A DNA stretch of 64,000 nucleotides from Coprothermobacterota bacterium (GTDB lineage: Bacteria; Coprothermobacterota; Coprothermobacteria; Coprothermobacterales; Coprothermobacteraceae): assembly GCA_036679065.1 (NCBI GenBank), contig JAZIGN010000003.1, positions 224,001 through 288,000 on the forward strand, read 5' to 3'. Shown piece by piece: positions 10,351-20,709 of the stretch. Under the pieces are notes generated by a model that saw nothing but the letters and a program-made list of their open reading frames with translations, was not told the DNA's origin and did no database searches. The position numbers and the translations under genes were made by a program. Within the stretch, counting starts at the first letter, position 1, and every line of letters starts with the position of its first letter.

Positions 10351-11163
10351 TCATACCTCCATAAGTTCCCACTGTGGGAAAGAGAAAGCGTGTGGATTCT
10401 GCGTAATTTGGTACATAACATCGAACATTCGAATGCGAAATGTTCCTGGTCCATCTGATTGCTCTGCAGCTATTTGAGATGCAGCACCCATCAATGAAAG
10501 AGCTGACATAGCAGCAGGCAGCGGTTCTGTCACTGATAAGCAAGCCGCCATAAGCGTACCAGCCCAGCAACCCGACCCTGAAATTCTGGTAAGCCATTCA
10601 TGGCCGCTTCTAAGGACATAGACCCTTTCACCGTCTGAAACATAATCATCAGGGCCCGTTGCTGCTGCAATGCAATTGTACTTCTGAGCTACTGTTTTCG
10701 CTGCAATGGCTGCTGGTGGTGAACCCACCGAATCTACCCCTCGGACTTCTGCACGTTCACCTGCTAGCAGGGAGATTTCACCACCGTTACCTTTTACAAT
10801 GCTAAAGGCTCCTGTTTCAAGAAGTCTTTCCACAAGGTTTATACGCAGCTTTGTTGCACCATAGCCTACGGGATCCAAAATTGCCGGTTTGCCTAATCGT
10901 TTTGCTGTATGGGCTGCACTCAACATGGCTTCATTAGCTTCCTTTGAGGGTGTACCAATGTTTATCAAGACTGCATTAGCAATATTTACCATTTCTGCTG
11001 CTTCTTCAAAAGACAGCGACATAACAGGCGAAGCACCTATGGCCAATGTTAGGTGTGCTTGCTCTGCCATGGCAACCATGTTTGTCATGTGATAAACCAG
11101 TGGTTTTGTAGAAACTACGTGTTCCAAAATCTCCTTAATATTTACAGAGGGTTGACCAATCAT
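10351..11163 (-). CDS. thiM: Hydroxyethylthiazole kinase
   Basis: [32 protein letters not shown]. Confidence 0.95.
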   Translation of the reverse strand: MIGQPSVNIKEILEHVVSTKPLVYHMTNMVAMAEQAHLTLAIGASPVMSLSFEEAAEMVNIANAVLINIGTPSKEANEAMLSAAHTAKRLGKPAILDPVGYGATKLRINLVERLLETGAFSIVKGNGGEISLLAGERAEVRGVDSVGSPPAAIAAKTVAQKYNCIAAATGPDDYVSDGERVYVLRSGHEWLTRISGSGCWAGTLMAACLSVTEPLPAAMSALSLMGAASQIAAEQSDGPGTFRIRMFDVMYQITQNPHAFSFPQWELMEV

Positions 11164-11191
11164 TACAATTCCTCCTTTTTAGGCAGAAAAA

Positions 11192-12007
11192 CTAATCTTC
11201 TCGTAACCAGTCAATGTCAAAAATGTGACCTACACAGCCATAACCTTTTCCTCCCTTAAACCTGTGTTCAATTCCTAGCCTGGTGTAATCAATAGCTCTT
11301 TTAACAGCTTCTACTGTTTCAGTGTTAGCTGCAAGCTCGGCTGTTATGGCAGCAGAGAGCGTACAGCCTGTGCCATGATGGTCTAGAGTATCTATTTTTT
11401 CGTGTGTGAATGTGTAGAATTCGCCTTCGTAATAGAAAAGGTCAACCAATTGCTTCTCTTCCAAATGTCCTCCTTTTACCAGTACACTTTGAGGCCCTAG
11501 TTTAGATATGGCCTTAGCCGCTTTTTTCATATCCTCTGAGGACTTAATGGTGATACCAGTTAGTATTTGTGCTTCAGGTATATTTGGGGTCACTATAAAA
11601 GCTAAGGGAAGTAGTTTTTCCTCAAGTGCTTTCACTGCGTCACCAAAGATTAATGAATCTCCACTTTGGGCTACCATTACTGGATCTACGACCAGTTTTT
11701 TACAATTGTATTCGCTAAGAGCTTTGGCTACTTCTGAAATAGTCTCCTCTCTGGAGAGCATACCTGTTTTAACTGCTCCCACAGAAAAATCTTTTAAAAC
11801 GGCGTCTATTTGTGCCCTTACGCCATCAGGTGGAATGTCAAATACTCCATGTACCCCTTTGCTGTTCTGTGCGGTTACTGCAGTGATCGCTACAGTCCCA
11901 AAAACGTGTAAATGCAGGAACGTGGCTAAGTCTGCTTCAATACCTGCTCCACCGCCAGAATCACTTCCAGCAATGGTCATTGCTATACCCCTATAATCCA
12001 CAAACAT
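11192..12007 (-). CDS. thiD: Hydroxymethylpyrimidine/phosphomethylpyrimidine kinase
   Basis: TIAGSDSGGGAGIEADL, VVDPVMVA, TPNIPEA, HGTGCTLS. Confidence 0.96.
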   Translation of the reverse strand: MFVDYRGIAMTIAGSDSGGGAGIEADLATFLHLHVFGTVAITAVTAQNSKGVHGVFDIPPDGVRAQIDAVLKDFSVGAVKTGMLSREETISEVAKALSEYNCKKLVVDPVMVAQSGDSLIFGDAVKALEEKLLPLAFIVTPNIPEAQILTGITIKSSEDMKKAAKAISKLGPQSVLVKGGHLEEKQLVDLFYYEGEFYTFTHEKIDTLDHHGTGCTLSAAITAELAANTETVEAVKRAIDYTRLGIEHRFKGGKGYGCVGHIFDIDWLRED

Positions 12008-12069
12008 CACCTCTGAATACAAACGACTAATGTCCTATTATTTTCGCAGAGGGAAGAGCCTTTCAAGTA

Positions 12070-12705
12070 TTATTTCTTTGCCCTTACTACCACAAATGAG
12101 CCTTTACCGTAACCCGGCTGTGGTTTTTGTACCTCACCAGGCTTTGTCTCCTCTTGGAACACTGTCTGGCAGAAGGAGAGGTTCTTAAAACCTGCTTGCT
12201 GCAGCACGGCGCTGACTTCTTCTACAGAGTAAAATGTGGCTTCCTTGTAAAATACATCCTCATTTTTGCGCTGCTCATACATTTTGCCTATGGGGCTGTT
12301 TTTATCGATGAAAGCTATGACAATGCACCCTCCAGGTTTTAATGCCCTGTACGCCTCGCTCAGCGCTTTTCCCACATCATTAAGGAAGCATATGACCGTT
12401 ACCATCAGGACAAAATCAAAAGAACCATCTTCGAAAGGAAGCGCCTCAGCCATGCCTTCCGCTACTTCAATGCCCCGCTTGCGAGCCAAGGAACCCATGC
12501 TCTTGGATGGCTCCAGACCCAGCTTTATGCCAAGCTGTGATGCAAACCTGCCTGTGCCCACACCAATCTCAATACCCGTGCCACCCTTAGGCAGCATCCT
12601 CTTTACTGCTTCCAGTTCGCTGAGGTACACGAGCTCGTTTTCATCAAACCAAGCGTCGTATTCCTTTGCATGCTTTTCAAACGGCGCAATCTTTTTCATA
12701 TTCAT
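12070..12705 (-). CDS. Class I SAM-dependent methyltransferase
   Basis: EIGVGTG, AEALPFEDGSFD, LKPGG. Confidence 0.9.
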   Translation of the reverse strand: MNMKKIAPFEKHAKEYDAWFDENELVYLSELEAVKRMLPKGGTGIEIGVGTGRFASQLGIKLGLEPSKSMGSLARKRGIEVAEGMAEALPFEDGSFDFVLMVTVICFLNDVGKALSEAYRALKPGGCIVIAFIDKNSPIGKMYEQRKNEDVFYKEATFYSVEEVSAVLQQAGFKNLSFCQTVFQEETKPGEVQKPQPGYGKGSFVVVRAKK

Positions 12706-12746
12706 GTGATTGATTCTCCCTCTTTAAAAAGCTTTCTTAGGTAAGC

Positions 12747-13682
12747 CTAAGCTGCTTCCCCAGGCACTTTCTGCTCCACGTTTCTCATCATAAGGAGAGC
12801 TGCTATGAGGAATGGCACTGTTATGGCGATCTGTACCAGGAATGTTGCCACGGTGAGGTTGCCACTTGCTCCTGCTTGTGTACTGCTCATCATTTTCGAA
12901 AGTGCTTCAGGCGAAAGAATAGCGTAGAAAATGAAGGAGGCGAAATCTATTAAACCATGGATTATGGAAGGAGCTATCAGGTTTTTGCTGAGAACATAGA
13001 TAGCAGCCAGGTAAAGACCAAGCATAAATGCTTGTATGACGTTAGCAAAGACTGGGAGGAAGTTTGGGTTCATAACAAGGTTGAAAAAATGTGCCAATGC
13101 AAAAATGGCTGAAGACCACAGCATGGCTTTCTTGCTGCCATCTTTAACTCCAAGTAGTTTCACGTTTATGGCGTTTAGCACAAATCCACGAACCAGTATT
13201 TCCTCAAGAAGACCTGTCGTCAGTGCAGAAAAAAGCACTATGAGCACATGTAACGGGTTTGGACTGACGAATAATGTTTTATCTTGTCCCATGTAATTTA
13301 GGCTAAACAACAGCCCAGCGAATATGTAAGCAAGCCAACCGAGTTTAAGCCCTTTCCACAAGGTCTTACTGGTAAATTCGTCTTTGTAAAACAAGTGGTT
13401 CCTTTTCATGATCCATATGACAAGCAAAGAAAGAACCATCTGCACAGCTCCCGTTGACAAGCAGTATTCCATCAGATAACCTTGAGCCATTCTATCTGCA
13501 AAAAGGTTCTGTAGGATGGAACTGGCTGCTCCCAAAGCCAAAAAGACGATCAACGTAATCAGCACTATGTACGCGTAGCTTCTTTCTGTCAAGGCTTTCA
13601 CCATCCTTTTGCAAGCTTCTGCATAAACCGACTGACGCTCATACACATTATGGCCCTTTTGGCTATTATTGTTAAGCGGCAT
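12747..13682 (-). CDS. CPBP (CAAX/Abi) intramembrane metalloprotease
   Basis: EEILVRG, FALAH, IIHGLID; multi-TM. Confidence 0.9.
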   Translation of the reverse strand: MPLNNNSQKGHNVYERQSVYAEACKRMVKALTERSYAYIVLITLIVFLALGAASSILQNLFADRMAQGYLMEYCLSTGAVQMVLSLLVIWIMKRNHLFYKDEFTSKTLWKGLKLGWLAYIFAGLLFSLNYMGQDKTLFVSPNPLHVLIVLFSALTTGLLEEILVRGFVLNAINVKLLGVKDGSKKAMLWSSAIFALAHFFNLVMNPNFLPVFANVIQAFMLGLYLAAIYVLSKNLIAPSIIHGLIDFASFIFYAILSPEALSKMMSSTQAGASGNLTVATFLVQIAITVPFLIAALLMMRNVEQKVPGEAA

Positions 13683-13684
13683 AG

Positions 13685-13924
13685 CTAACTAAGACTTCGG
13701 AGGAAGCAAGGGAGTTGAAAACGGAGCTTCACATGGTAGTTCATTGTCGCTGATCGGCAGAAGAAACCGCTCAAAGGTCCACGAAAAGTATTTGGATGAG
13801 CGCGGTCACCAAAAACTATTAGCAGAGCACCGTTCTTTGCGCATTGTTCAATATAGCCTGTTATTCTTGCAAAGTTCATATCCGTGTTGGCACTTACACA
13901 GTTCACTACAAGGGCAGCTTTCAT
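13685..13924 (-). pseudogene. Carbon-nitrogen hydrolase (nitrilase family) N-terminal fragment
   Basis: MKAALV...NFARITGYIEQCAKNGALLIVFG resembles the nitrilase N-terminus (LIVFPE) and then degenerates. Confidence 0.55.
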
Positions 13925-14240
13925 TCGATTTCATTTCGCAGCTTAATGATAGTCCCAGAATCGCACGCTCAATGCGGGTAATTCTTGGCGGTTACTCACT
14001 TTTCGTGTTTATGTGGTTTCATATGCAGCTGGAGAGTAGTTTCTTCTAAGAAAAAGATTAATTGTTTTGTTAAATCATGATTCCCGAGTTTAAGCGAAAA
14101 CTTTCACTTATCTTAATGTTAAAATGCGGACGTATGGTTATAAATATGAGTGGCATATATTTGCGTGAGAATGTGACAAAGTTAAGAAAACAGAAGTTCA
14201 TGCTTAGTTGCCAATCTTGTGTATAAAAAGGAGAGATAAA

Positions 14241-16235
14241 ATGAGTACGACAGTTTATGTAATTGGTCTAATAGTAGCCATTTGCATGATACTTCTCAAT
14301 ATTGACGACGTTATTTGGGATATTGGCTATCACTTTATTGTTAGACGTCAAAGAAAGGAAGAAAGATTGCCCATTGCAATGTTGGACGATTTACCTCCTA
14401 AGCTATTGGCAATTGTGATAGCCGCTTGGCATGAAGAGAATGTTCTTGGGCAAGTAATCGACCACATGATAGCCACGGTTCATTATCCGAGATCCATGTA
14501 CCGTGTGTTTTTAGGTGTTTACCCAAATGATCCCGCGACCATTGAAGTGGCTGAAAAACTGGCGCAAAAGTATGAAAATGTCCAAGTGGTCATAAATCCA
14601 AAACCCGGTCCCACCTCAAAAGCACAAAACCTGAACCACATAATTGATTCACTTCATGATTTTGAAAAAGAGCACTTTTGCAGATTTGCTGCAGTTACTG
14701 TGCATGATTCTGAAGACGTGGTTCATCCATACGAACTCAAGTTTACAAACTTTTTAATTGACCAATATGACTCCTTGCAGTTTCCCGTTTTTCCACTTCA
14801 AAGAAAACCCAATTGGAAAAACTTCTTTAGTGAGATTACTTCTGGAACATATGCAGATGAATTTGCTGAAAACCATTACAGGTACATGGTCATGAGGAGT
14901 AGCACACAGGCAGTCGTTCCTTCGGCTGGAACCGGTTTTGTCATATCAAGAACAGTGTTTGATTATTACAAAAACAAACCACTATTTACAGAAGGTAGTT
15001 TGACTGAAGATTACAAATTTTCTGTGGATTTAGCAAAGCATGGTTTCAACGTTCACTACGTACTCGAGAAAGTGCCGCGCCTTTTAAACACCGGGAAGCT
15101 CAAATGGGATTACGTGGCCACACGCAGTTTGTTCCCAAAAACCTTTGGTGCCGCAGTCAAACAGAAAACACGCTGGATTTACGGTATTACCATGCAGTCC
15201 TTACATATCAGGGATATTTTTTCCAAGGAGAATAAACTCAATCTTGTTCAGAGATGGGCGTTATATAAAGATTGGAAAAGCAAATTCGTGAACATACTGG
15301 TATTGCCTGCCTACATAATCCTTGTTTATTTCTTGGTTTCTCTTTTTGTTCCGCTACCAGCTGTTTATCCCATGTGGTCTTTGTCTTGGTGGCTTTCTTT
15401 AGGCCTCACCTTTGTCATGCTTTATAAACAGTTTATGAGGGGCTTAGCTGTCTATCATGTTTACGGTCTTAGAAGCATGATAGCAGCATGTTTGATTCCG
15501 CCAGTTCTTCCGTTGAGGTTAATCTGGGGTAACCTGATCAACTTCACAGCAACGGCCAAAGCTTGGAGTTGGTATTTCTTTGGAGTGGGTACTGGAAAAG
15601 CCAAACAGACGAGCATAAAGTGGAATAAAACCGAACACGAATTTTTGGAACAACATGTTCTTTACACCTACTACAGGAATTTGGGAGACGTATTGCTGGA
15701 GAAGCAGTACATTGAACCTAAAGCTCTGCAGGAAGCGCTCGAGAAGGCACATGCAGAGAATAAGCGACTAGGTGAGGTACTTTTGGGAAATGGCTACGTG
15801 AATGAGGAAATGCTCGCCCGGTCATTAGCTGCAAGCACACATAAGCTGTTTGTCAAGGATATTCATGTGTATGATCCAAAACTGCCTAAAGAGTTTGATA
15901 CAAGCAAGATGGTGGCAGGGCTATTTTACCCTCTGATGAAGCTTGACAACAGCTGCGTTGTTGCTGAAACGGTGTTCTCAGATCCGGAGTCGTATCGCTG
16001 TGAATTGGATGGCACTCATAAAATTCACACAGTCTATACCACAACTAAGCAAATACAAAATGCTTGCGCGGGCAATCTGCAACTAAACCCCAGGGATCAG
16101 CAGTTCTCGATGCGTGTTAGGAATTTGCTTAACGAGGGTGTAATAACCTGGGAGCAAGCAGTTATCGCTTTGGAAAACAGAGATTTTGCTTTTGATGTGC
16201 TTGAGTACATGGGCGTTGGGCTAACTGTTGCTTAG
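14241..16235 (+). CDS. NfrB-like GT2 glycosyltransferase with C-terminal MshEN-type c-di-GMP-binding repeats
   Basis: AAWHEE, GVYPND, GPTSKAQNLN, HDSEDVVHP, PSAGTG, LTEDY, QKTRW, WNKTEHEF; NLGDVLL..RLGEVLL tandem motif. Confidence 0.85.
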   Translation: MSTTVYVIGLIVAICMILLNIDDVIWDIGYHFIVRRQRKEERLPIAMLDDLPPKLLAIVIAAWHEENVLGQVIDHMIATVHYPRSMYRVFLGVYPNDPATIEVAEKLAQKYENVQVVINPKPGPTSKAQNLNHIIDSLHDFEKEHFCRFAAVTVHDSEDVVHPYELKFTNFLIDQYDSLQFPVFPLQRKPNWKNFFSEITSGTYADEFAENHYRYMVMRSSTQAVVPSAGTGFVISRTVFDYYKNKPLFTEGSLTEDYKFSVDLAKHGFNVHYVLEKVPRLLNTGKLKWDYVATRSLFPKTFGAAVKQKTRWIYGITMQSLHIRDIFSKENKLNLVQRWALYKDWKSKFVNILVLPAYIILVYFLVSLFVPLPAVYPMWSLSWWLSLGLTFVMLYKQFMRGLAVYHVYGLRSMIAACLIPPVLPLRLIWGNLINFTATAKAWSWYFFGVGTGKAKQTSIKWNKTEHEFLEQHVLYTYYRNLGDVLLEKQYIEPKALQEALEKAHAENKRLGEVLLGNGYVNEEMLARSLAASTHKLFVKDIHVYDPKLPKEFDTSKMVAGLFYPLMKLDNSCVVAETVFSDPESYRCELDGTHKIHTVYTTTKQIQNACAGNLQLNPRDQQFSMRVRNLLNEGVITWEQAVIALENRDFAFDVLEYMGVGLTVA

Positions 16236-16257
16236 GTCAAGGGGGAAGCAATAAAAC

Positions 16258-17857
16258 CTAATGATGAAGCCGTTTATGTTGCTTTCTTAGTTTTTTGTGA
16301 ACCTCATCAGCAGCTAATTTGCCTGTGAGAATACATGTGGGTATCCCTGATGATCCAAAGGTCCATTGTCCTGCCTGATAAAGACCTTTGAAGGGCGTAA
16401 AGACAGCTTTTGCAATCTTGTCCAGATTTGTTTCACACGGTAGTACTGTGTTTGTAAATGCCCAACCAGTAATTGCACCTTCAGAATTTCCAGTGATACG
16501 TTCAATGCTTAATGGTGTAGAACAATTGCTAAACAGTACTTTTGTTTTTATTCCAGGAAAAACCGAGCTATCAAGGGTATCAATGATGGTTCTTTCACAT
16601 TGTTCTTTGAACTCGGAGTACCAACCTTGTAAAGTTGCAATCTTTGCAACGTCATAGTCTATTAAAGAACTCACAATTAGGCCAGTATGGCCTGGTGGTG
16701 CCAGTGATGGATCTCTAGGTGCTGGGCAAGATATTTCATAAGTAGTGTGCTTAAAATAGTCGCTGATCCAGTGCATGATTACGTCTCTTGGTGCATCTGG
16801 ACATGCTTGAATTGGATCGGGAAGGGAAAACAAACCATTTGTATTTGGTGTGTAGAATAGATGCGGTCCAGAACGTTTTCTGAAAAACTCACTGTCCATA
16901 TCAAGTGCTAAGAACACAGTAATCACAGAATCACTTCCGTGGCACCTGCTTAGTAATTCTCGTCTATCAGAAATCTTCTTGCCTAACTTCGGATCGTTGG
17001 TTTCTAGCACATTGTAAAGGGTTTTTTGATCACATGCCCAAACAAGCTCTTCGTAGGAAAATTCTTCGCCGTCGGTTGAAGTAACAACTTTATGGTCCAG
17101 GTCTACTTTGGTTACAGCAGTATCAATAAGAATTTTCCCATCATGTGACTCAATGTAACTGCTTAGTGCCTGTGGTAGTACACCGGTTCCGCCTTTGGGG
17201 TAAAAGTAATCCATGTACAGACCAAAGTAACTAAGTGCGAAGAAGGCAGGCGTCTTCTTGAAAAAATGTTGTGTGATCATGTCAACAAGCTGCCTGTTGT
17301 CTGTGAACTTCATTAGGTACTCATCAACTGGTTGGTTCAACTTCTTAATTTGCTTTAGATTTCTTTTGTATTTGACCAACCAAGGGAGCAACGTATGCAA
17401 TAAGTATTGGGTATCATTGGTCAAATCTGAGAAAAGTGGATTATCTATGCCATACATGACGTTCATATAACTCGTTGTCTTGTCAATCTCTTGCATGATT
17501 CTCTCTATATCGTGGGCATTTTGCGAGAAAAGCCTTTTAAGCATATTGCCATAATCATGCAAGCTCTCCTGTGAAGAAATTTCCACAAACTCATCCTCAA
17601 TGCCTATGGTAACAGGATTACTGAGGATTTCCATGTCGATACCGAGTTGCTTTAACATGGGCAATATGATGCCTGAGTTTTCGAAAGCTCGTGCACCAAA
17701 ATCAAAGACGAAGCCATCTTTTTCAAAGGATCCAACAAGACCGCCAACCCTTTTGGACTTTTCCAATAGCAGCACACTATGGCCATATCTGCATAAGTAG
17801 CACGCCGCTGTTAAACCTGCTATACCTCCCCCCGACTACTACGGAGTCAAACTTCAT
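16258..17857 (-). pseudogene. Phytoene desaturase (CrtI)-like FAD oxidoreductase, frameshifted near the 5' end
   Basis: ATG at 17857 gives MKFDSVVV; a G6 run (17828-17833) shifts the frame. With G5 it reads GGGIAGLTAACYL...LLLEK, continuous with the 505-aa ORF (DPSLAPPG, TPLSIER, GAITGW). Confidence 0.8.
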
Positions 17858-17871
17858 TGAGTCTTTATAAT

Positions 17872-18864
17872 TCATGGCTTTGTTGTGGCGTGAACTTGAT
17901 TCGCCTTCTTGAGTTCTTCTCTAATCTTCCTGTAGGTGATGATGGGTCCGTCACCGGGAACCAATTTTTCCTCGGAGATGTAAGAAGATGCTTTTGGCTT
18001 TTGTGTTATGACCACACGTTTATCTTGCCGCTCTACAACTAAATTTCCGTATTTGCCAAAGAATGCCACTATGCTGTTTAATGCCTTGGAGTTTGTGACT
18101 TTGCAGTAGAACCGTATATACAGTACGGTGTTCTCATCATCAACTGGTGCAAAATAGATAATAACCTTTATTTGGGGACTAATGTGATTCATCCATATAT
18201 TGGGGAATTTAAAGCTGAGAAACGTATCTCGTATTACGCATTCTTCTGGACGTTTAGGTTTCTGACCCACATCCTTTTCATTGTTTGCACTGGTCGTTAT
18301 GGTATAGTCTTCAAAAATAACCTTGGGTCCATTCACCAGTGTCTTGTTACCACGTCCTATGGTGTTGTAATGTACGAATGGTAGATGTACCACATCCAGT
18401 TGATTCTCTATGCACCTAGAATAATGGGCATTCCAATGGTCTTCCATCTCGCTCCAGACATAAGAGTCATCCACGTGTTTGTCAAGAAATGGTAGATTAC
18501 TGGTGGCTTTTTCTTCGTCACCGTACCACAGGTATATGATTCCATGCTCTTCTCTCACTAAACAGCGCCTGACATTGTAACGACTGATGTCTTCGGTTGT
18601 GTTCTTCCCAATGGCTGGTACAAGCGTGCATTTACCGTCTTTATCGAACTCGAGGCCATGGAAAGGACATTTTATGCAGTCGCCCACAACTTTACCTTTG
18701 CTTAAAGCTGCTCCTCTGTGCGGACATTGATCTACAACACAGCCGATTTCTCCTCGGCTGTTCCTAAATAGAGCTAAGTCCATGTTTAATCTCTTGACCG
18801 CTGTTATTTGCCCTTTCTCTACTGCCTTAGATGGCAGTATTGCATACCATTGGTTTGGTATCAT
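17872..18864 (-). CDS. Rieske non-heme iron oxygenase alpha subunit (VanA-like)
   Basis: CPHRG...CPFHG Rieske motif; ENQLDVVHLPFVH mononuclear iron motif; EQD-like ERQD. Confidence 0.9.
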   Translation of the reverse strand: MIPNQWYAILPSKAVEKGQITAVKRLNMDLALFRNSRGEIGCVVDQCPHRGAALSKGKVVGDCIKCPFHGLEFDKDGKCTLVPAIGKNTTEDISRYNVRRCLVREEHGIIYLWYGDEEKATSNLPFLDKHVDDSYVWSEMEDHWNAHYSRCIENQLDVVHLPFVHYNTIGRGNKTLVNGPKVIFEDYTITTSANNEKDVGQKPKRPEECVIRDTFLSFKFPNIWMNHISPQIKVIIYFAPVDDENTVLYIRFYCKVTNSKALNSIVAFFGKYGNLVVERQDKRVVITQKPKASSYISEEKLVPGDGPIITYRKIREELKKANQVHATTKP

Positions 18865-18966
18865 GTGGTTCTCCTTTCCCAGAATGAGAAGCAGCAATTC
18901 TGTGAAGTAATTATAACATTTTTATTTATAATGAAAGGTAGGTGTTGCATTATGCTCGCTGCTGTA

Positions 18967-19800
18967 CTAAAAATCTTCGATGAAATTCTGCCACTCGTCA
19001 TAGATGGAACGAAGCAGCGGATCAAGGTAGGTAAGGGCTTTTTCTTCCATGTCAGTAGGAACTCCATAGTATGCTTCAGCTAAGCCTCCAGTTATGGCTG
19101 CCAAAGTGTCGCTATCGCCACCTATGGAAATGGCATTGCGTATGGCGTCTTCGAAGGACGTCGACTCAAGGAATGCTTCAATAGCCTCAGGTACAGTGCC
19201 TTGGCATGTCTCGTTGAACTCATATGTATTACGTATTTCATCTAAAGTGAAATCCAGTTCGTAGTAGTCACGTGTGATTCTGCTGCGAATTTCTTCTTTA
19301 CTGCTCCCTGTGCGTGCCATGAAAATGGCTATCACAGTAGCTTCCGCTCCCTTAATGCCTTCAGCGTGGTTGTGGCTCACGCTTGTTACCACCTTAGACA
19401 TCTTCACTGCCTCTTTTTCTGACCGAGCTACAAAGCCCACCGGACTTATACGCATGGCAGCACCGTTTCCAAAACTGTTGTATGGTCTTGGGTTGTCGCT
19501 GAAAATCCACTGGTAGAACCTTGAACCATAACCGCAATTAGGGTATTTGCGGCCGATCTCCTGCATGTAACGAATAGTGTTCCTTTCAAGCACGGAGTAG
19601 AATTCATCGCTAAAACCACTTGTAACCACTGATGGCTCGAAGGTCCTGCAGGTTTCCATTATGGCTTTCGCCACAGCTAAAGTCATTATGCTGTCGTCTG
19701 TGACAAAACATTCATCTGTGAAAAGCTCAAAATCCTTGCTTCGGTGATTGTTAAACTCAAAACGGGAACCGACAATGTCGCCAATAATGGCTCCAATCAA
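18967..19800 (-). CDS. ADP-ribosylglycohydrolase (DraG/ARH family)
   Basis: GAIIGDIVGS, TDDS, GNGAAMR, GGDSDT. Confidence 0.93.
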   Translation of the reverse strand: MIGAIIGDIVGSRFEFNNHRSKDFELFTDECFVTDDSIMTLAVAKAIMETCRTFEPSVVTSGFSDEFYSVLERNTIRYMQEIGRKYPNCGYGSRFYQWIFSDNPRPYNSFGNGAAMRISPVGFVARSEKEAVKMSKVVTSVSHNHAEGIKGAEATVIAIFMARTGSSKEEIRSRITRDYYELDFTLDEIRNTYEFNETCQGTVPEAIEAFLESTSFEDAIRNAISIGGDSDTLAAITGGLAEAYYGVPTDMEEKALTYLDPLLRSIYDEWQNFIEDF

Positions 19801-19908
19801 TTAACTTCCCCTCCTTCTTGAACAGATTTTAGTTGATTATAAATGTCTCTCATTCTCCAAACTGGTTATCTTTCTTGTGGACCAAAATGTAACTAAATGG
19901 CCAATAGC

Positions 19909-20532
19909 CTATCTCTTGGCAAAAACAAATGCGGTCAGGCTACAAACAACAAGATACACTGCAATGCAAATAGCCCAGAGTGTCAAGGACGAGTAAGGGC
20001 GCGGGTAGATGTGTACAAGACTTGACACAACCCAAAAGCCCGGAAATGCCATCACAAGCCATATGGCGCTGCTCACAAATTTGTTCGACCATAACTTATG
20101 GTCATCTTTGGCGTACTTGGTAAGAAATAGCTCATGAAGCACTATCACGAGAAGGTCACCAACAGCAGAAACAATAACGGAAGTAGCATTCTGGTACGTT
20201 ATCCACAAGCCGATGCCAATTAAGGTGAAAATGGCTATACCGCCTACGGACATTATGTACGCGCTATTCAACTTCCCAGACAGCTCCATTTTCTGGACGA
20301 CTTTATAAGCAGCCGGTGTATCGTTTTCGCTTTTATAATCCTCATTTATGAGGTAGTCCACGGAAACACCAAACAGTTTACTGATCTGCAGCAAGTTTTC
20401 CGCATCTGGGAGAGTGCTATCCACTTCCCAACGAGATACGGCTTGCCTGGAAACCGAGAGTTTCTCCGCCAGGTCTTCCTGTGAAAGTCCATGTTCCTTT
20501 CTCAAAGTTGTAAGTTTTTCTCCAAAAGTCAT
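19909..20532 (-). CDS. XRE-family HTH regulator with C-terminal TM segments
   Basis: LSQEDLAEKLSVSRQAVSRWE followed by hydrophobic helices. Confidence 0.9.
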   Translation of the reverse strand: MTFGEKLTTLRKEHGLSQEDLAEKLSVSRQAVSRWEVDSTLPDAENLLQISKLFGVSVDYLINEDYKSENDTPAAYKVVQKMELSGKLNSAYIMSVGGIAIFTLIGIGLWITYQNATSVIVSAVGDLLVIVLHELFLTKYAKDDHKLWSNKFVSSAIWLVMAFPGFWVVSSLVHIYPRPYSSLTLWAICIAVYLVVCSLTAFVFAKR

Positions 20533-20709
20533 GTACTTCACCTCCACGTATGTAAACTTCATTCTGTATTGTTAGCCTCTATTTGTCCACCACTTCGTGT
20601 TTACATTGCCGCAACTTAATGTAACATGTGAGCTACCTATAGCAACCTTTTGCCTTTATGTTATGATGAACAACGTAGATATTCTTTGCGGAAAACCAGG
20701 AGGAAAAAC

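Noticed and set aside
12008..12070. TPP riboswitch upstream of thiDME
   Set aside because: The spacer is too short and has no CTGAGA or other TPP core.
13930..14240. c-di-GMP riboswitch upstream of the NfrB-like gene
   Set aside because: No GGCAAAC...GAAA...GACGCAAAGC pattern.
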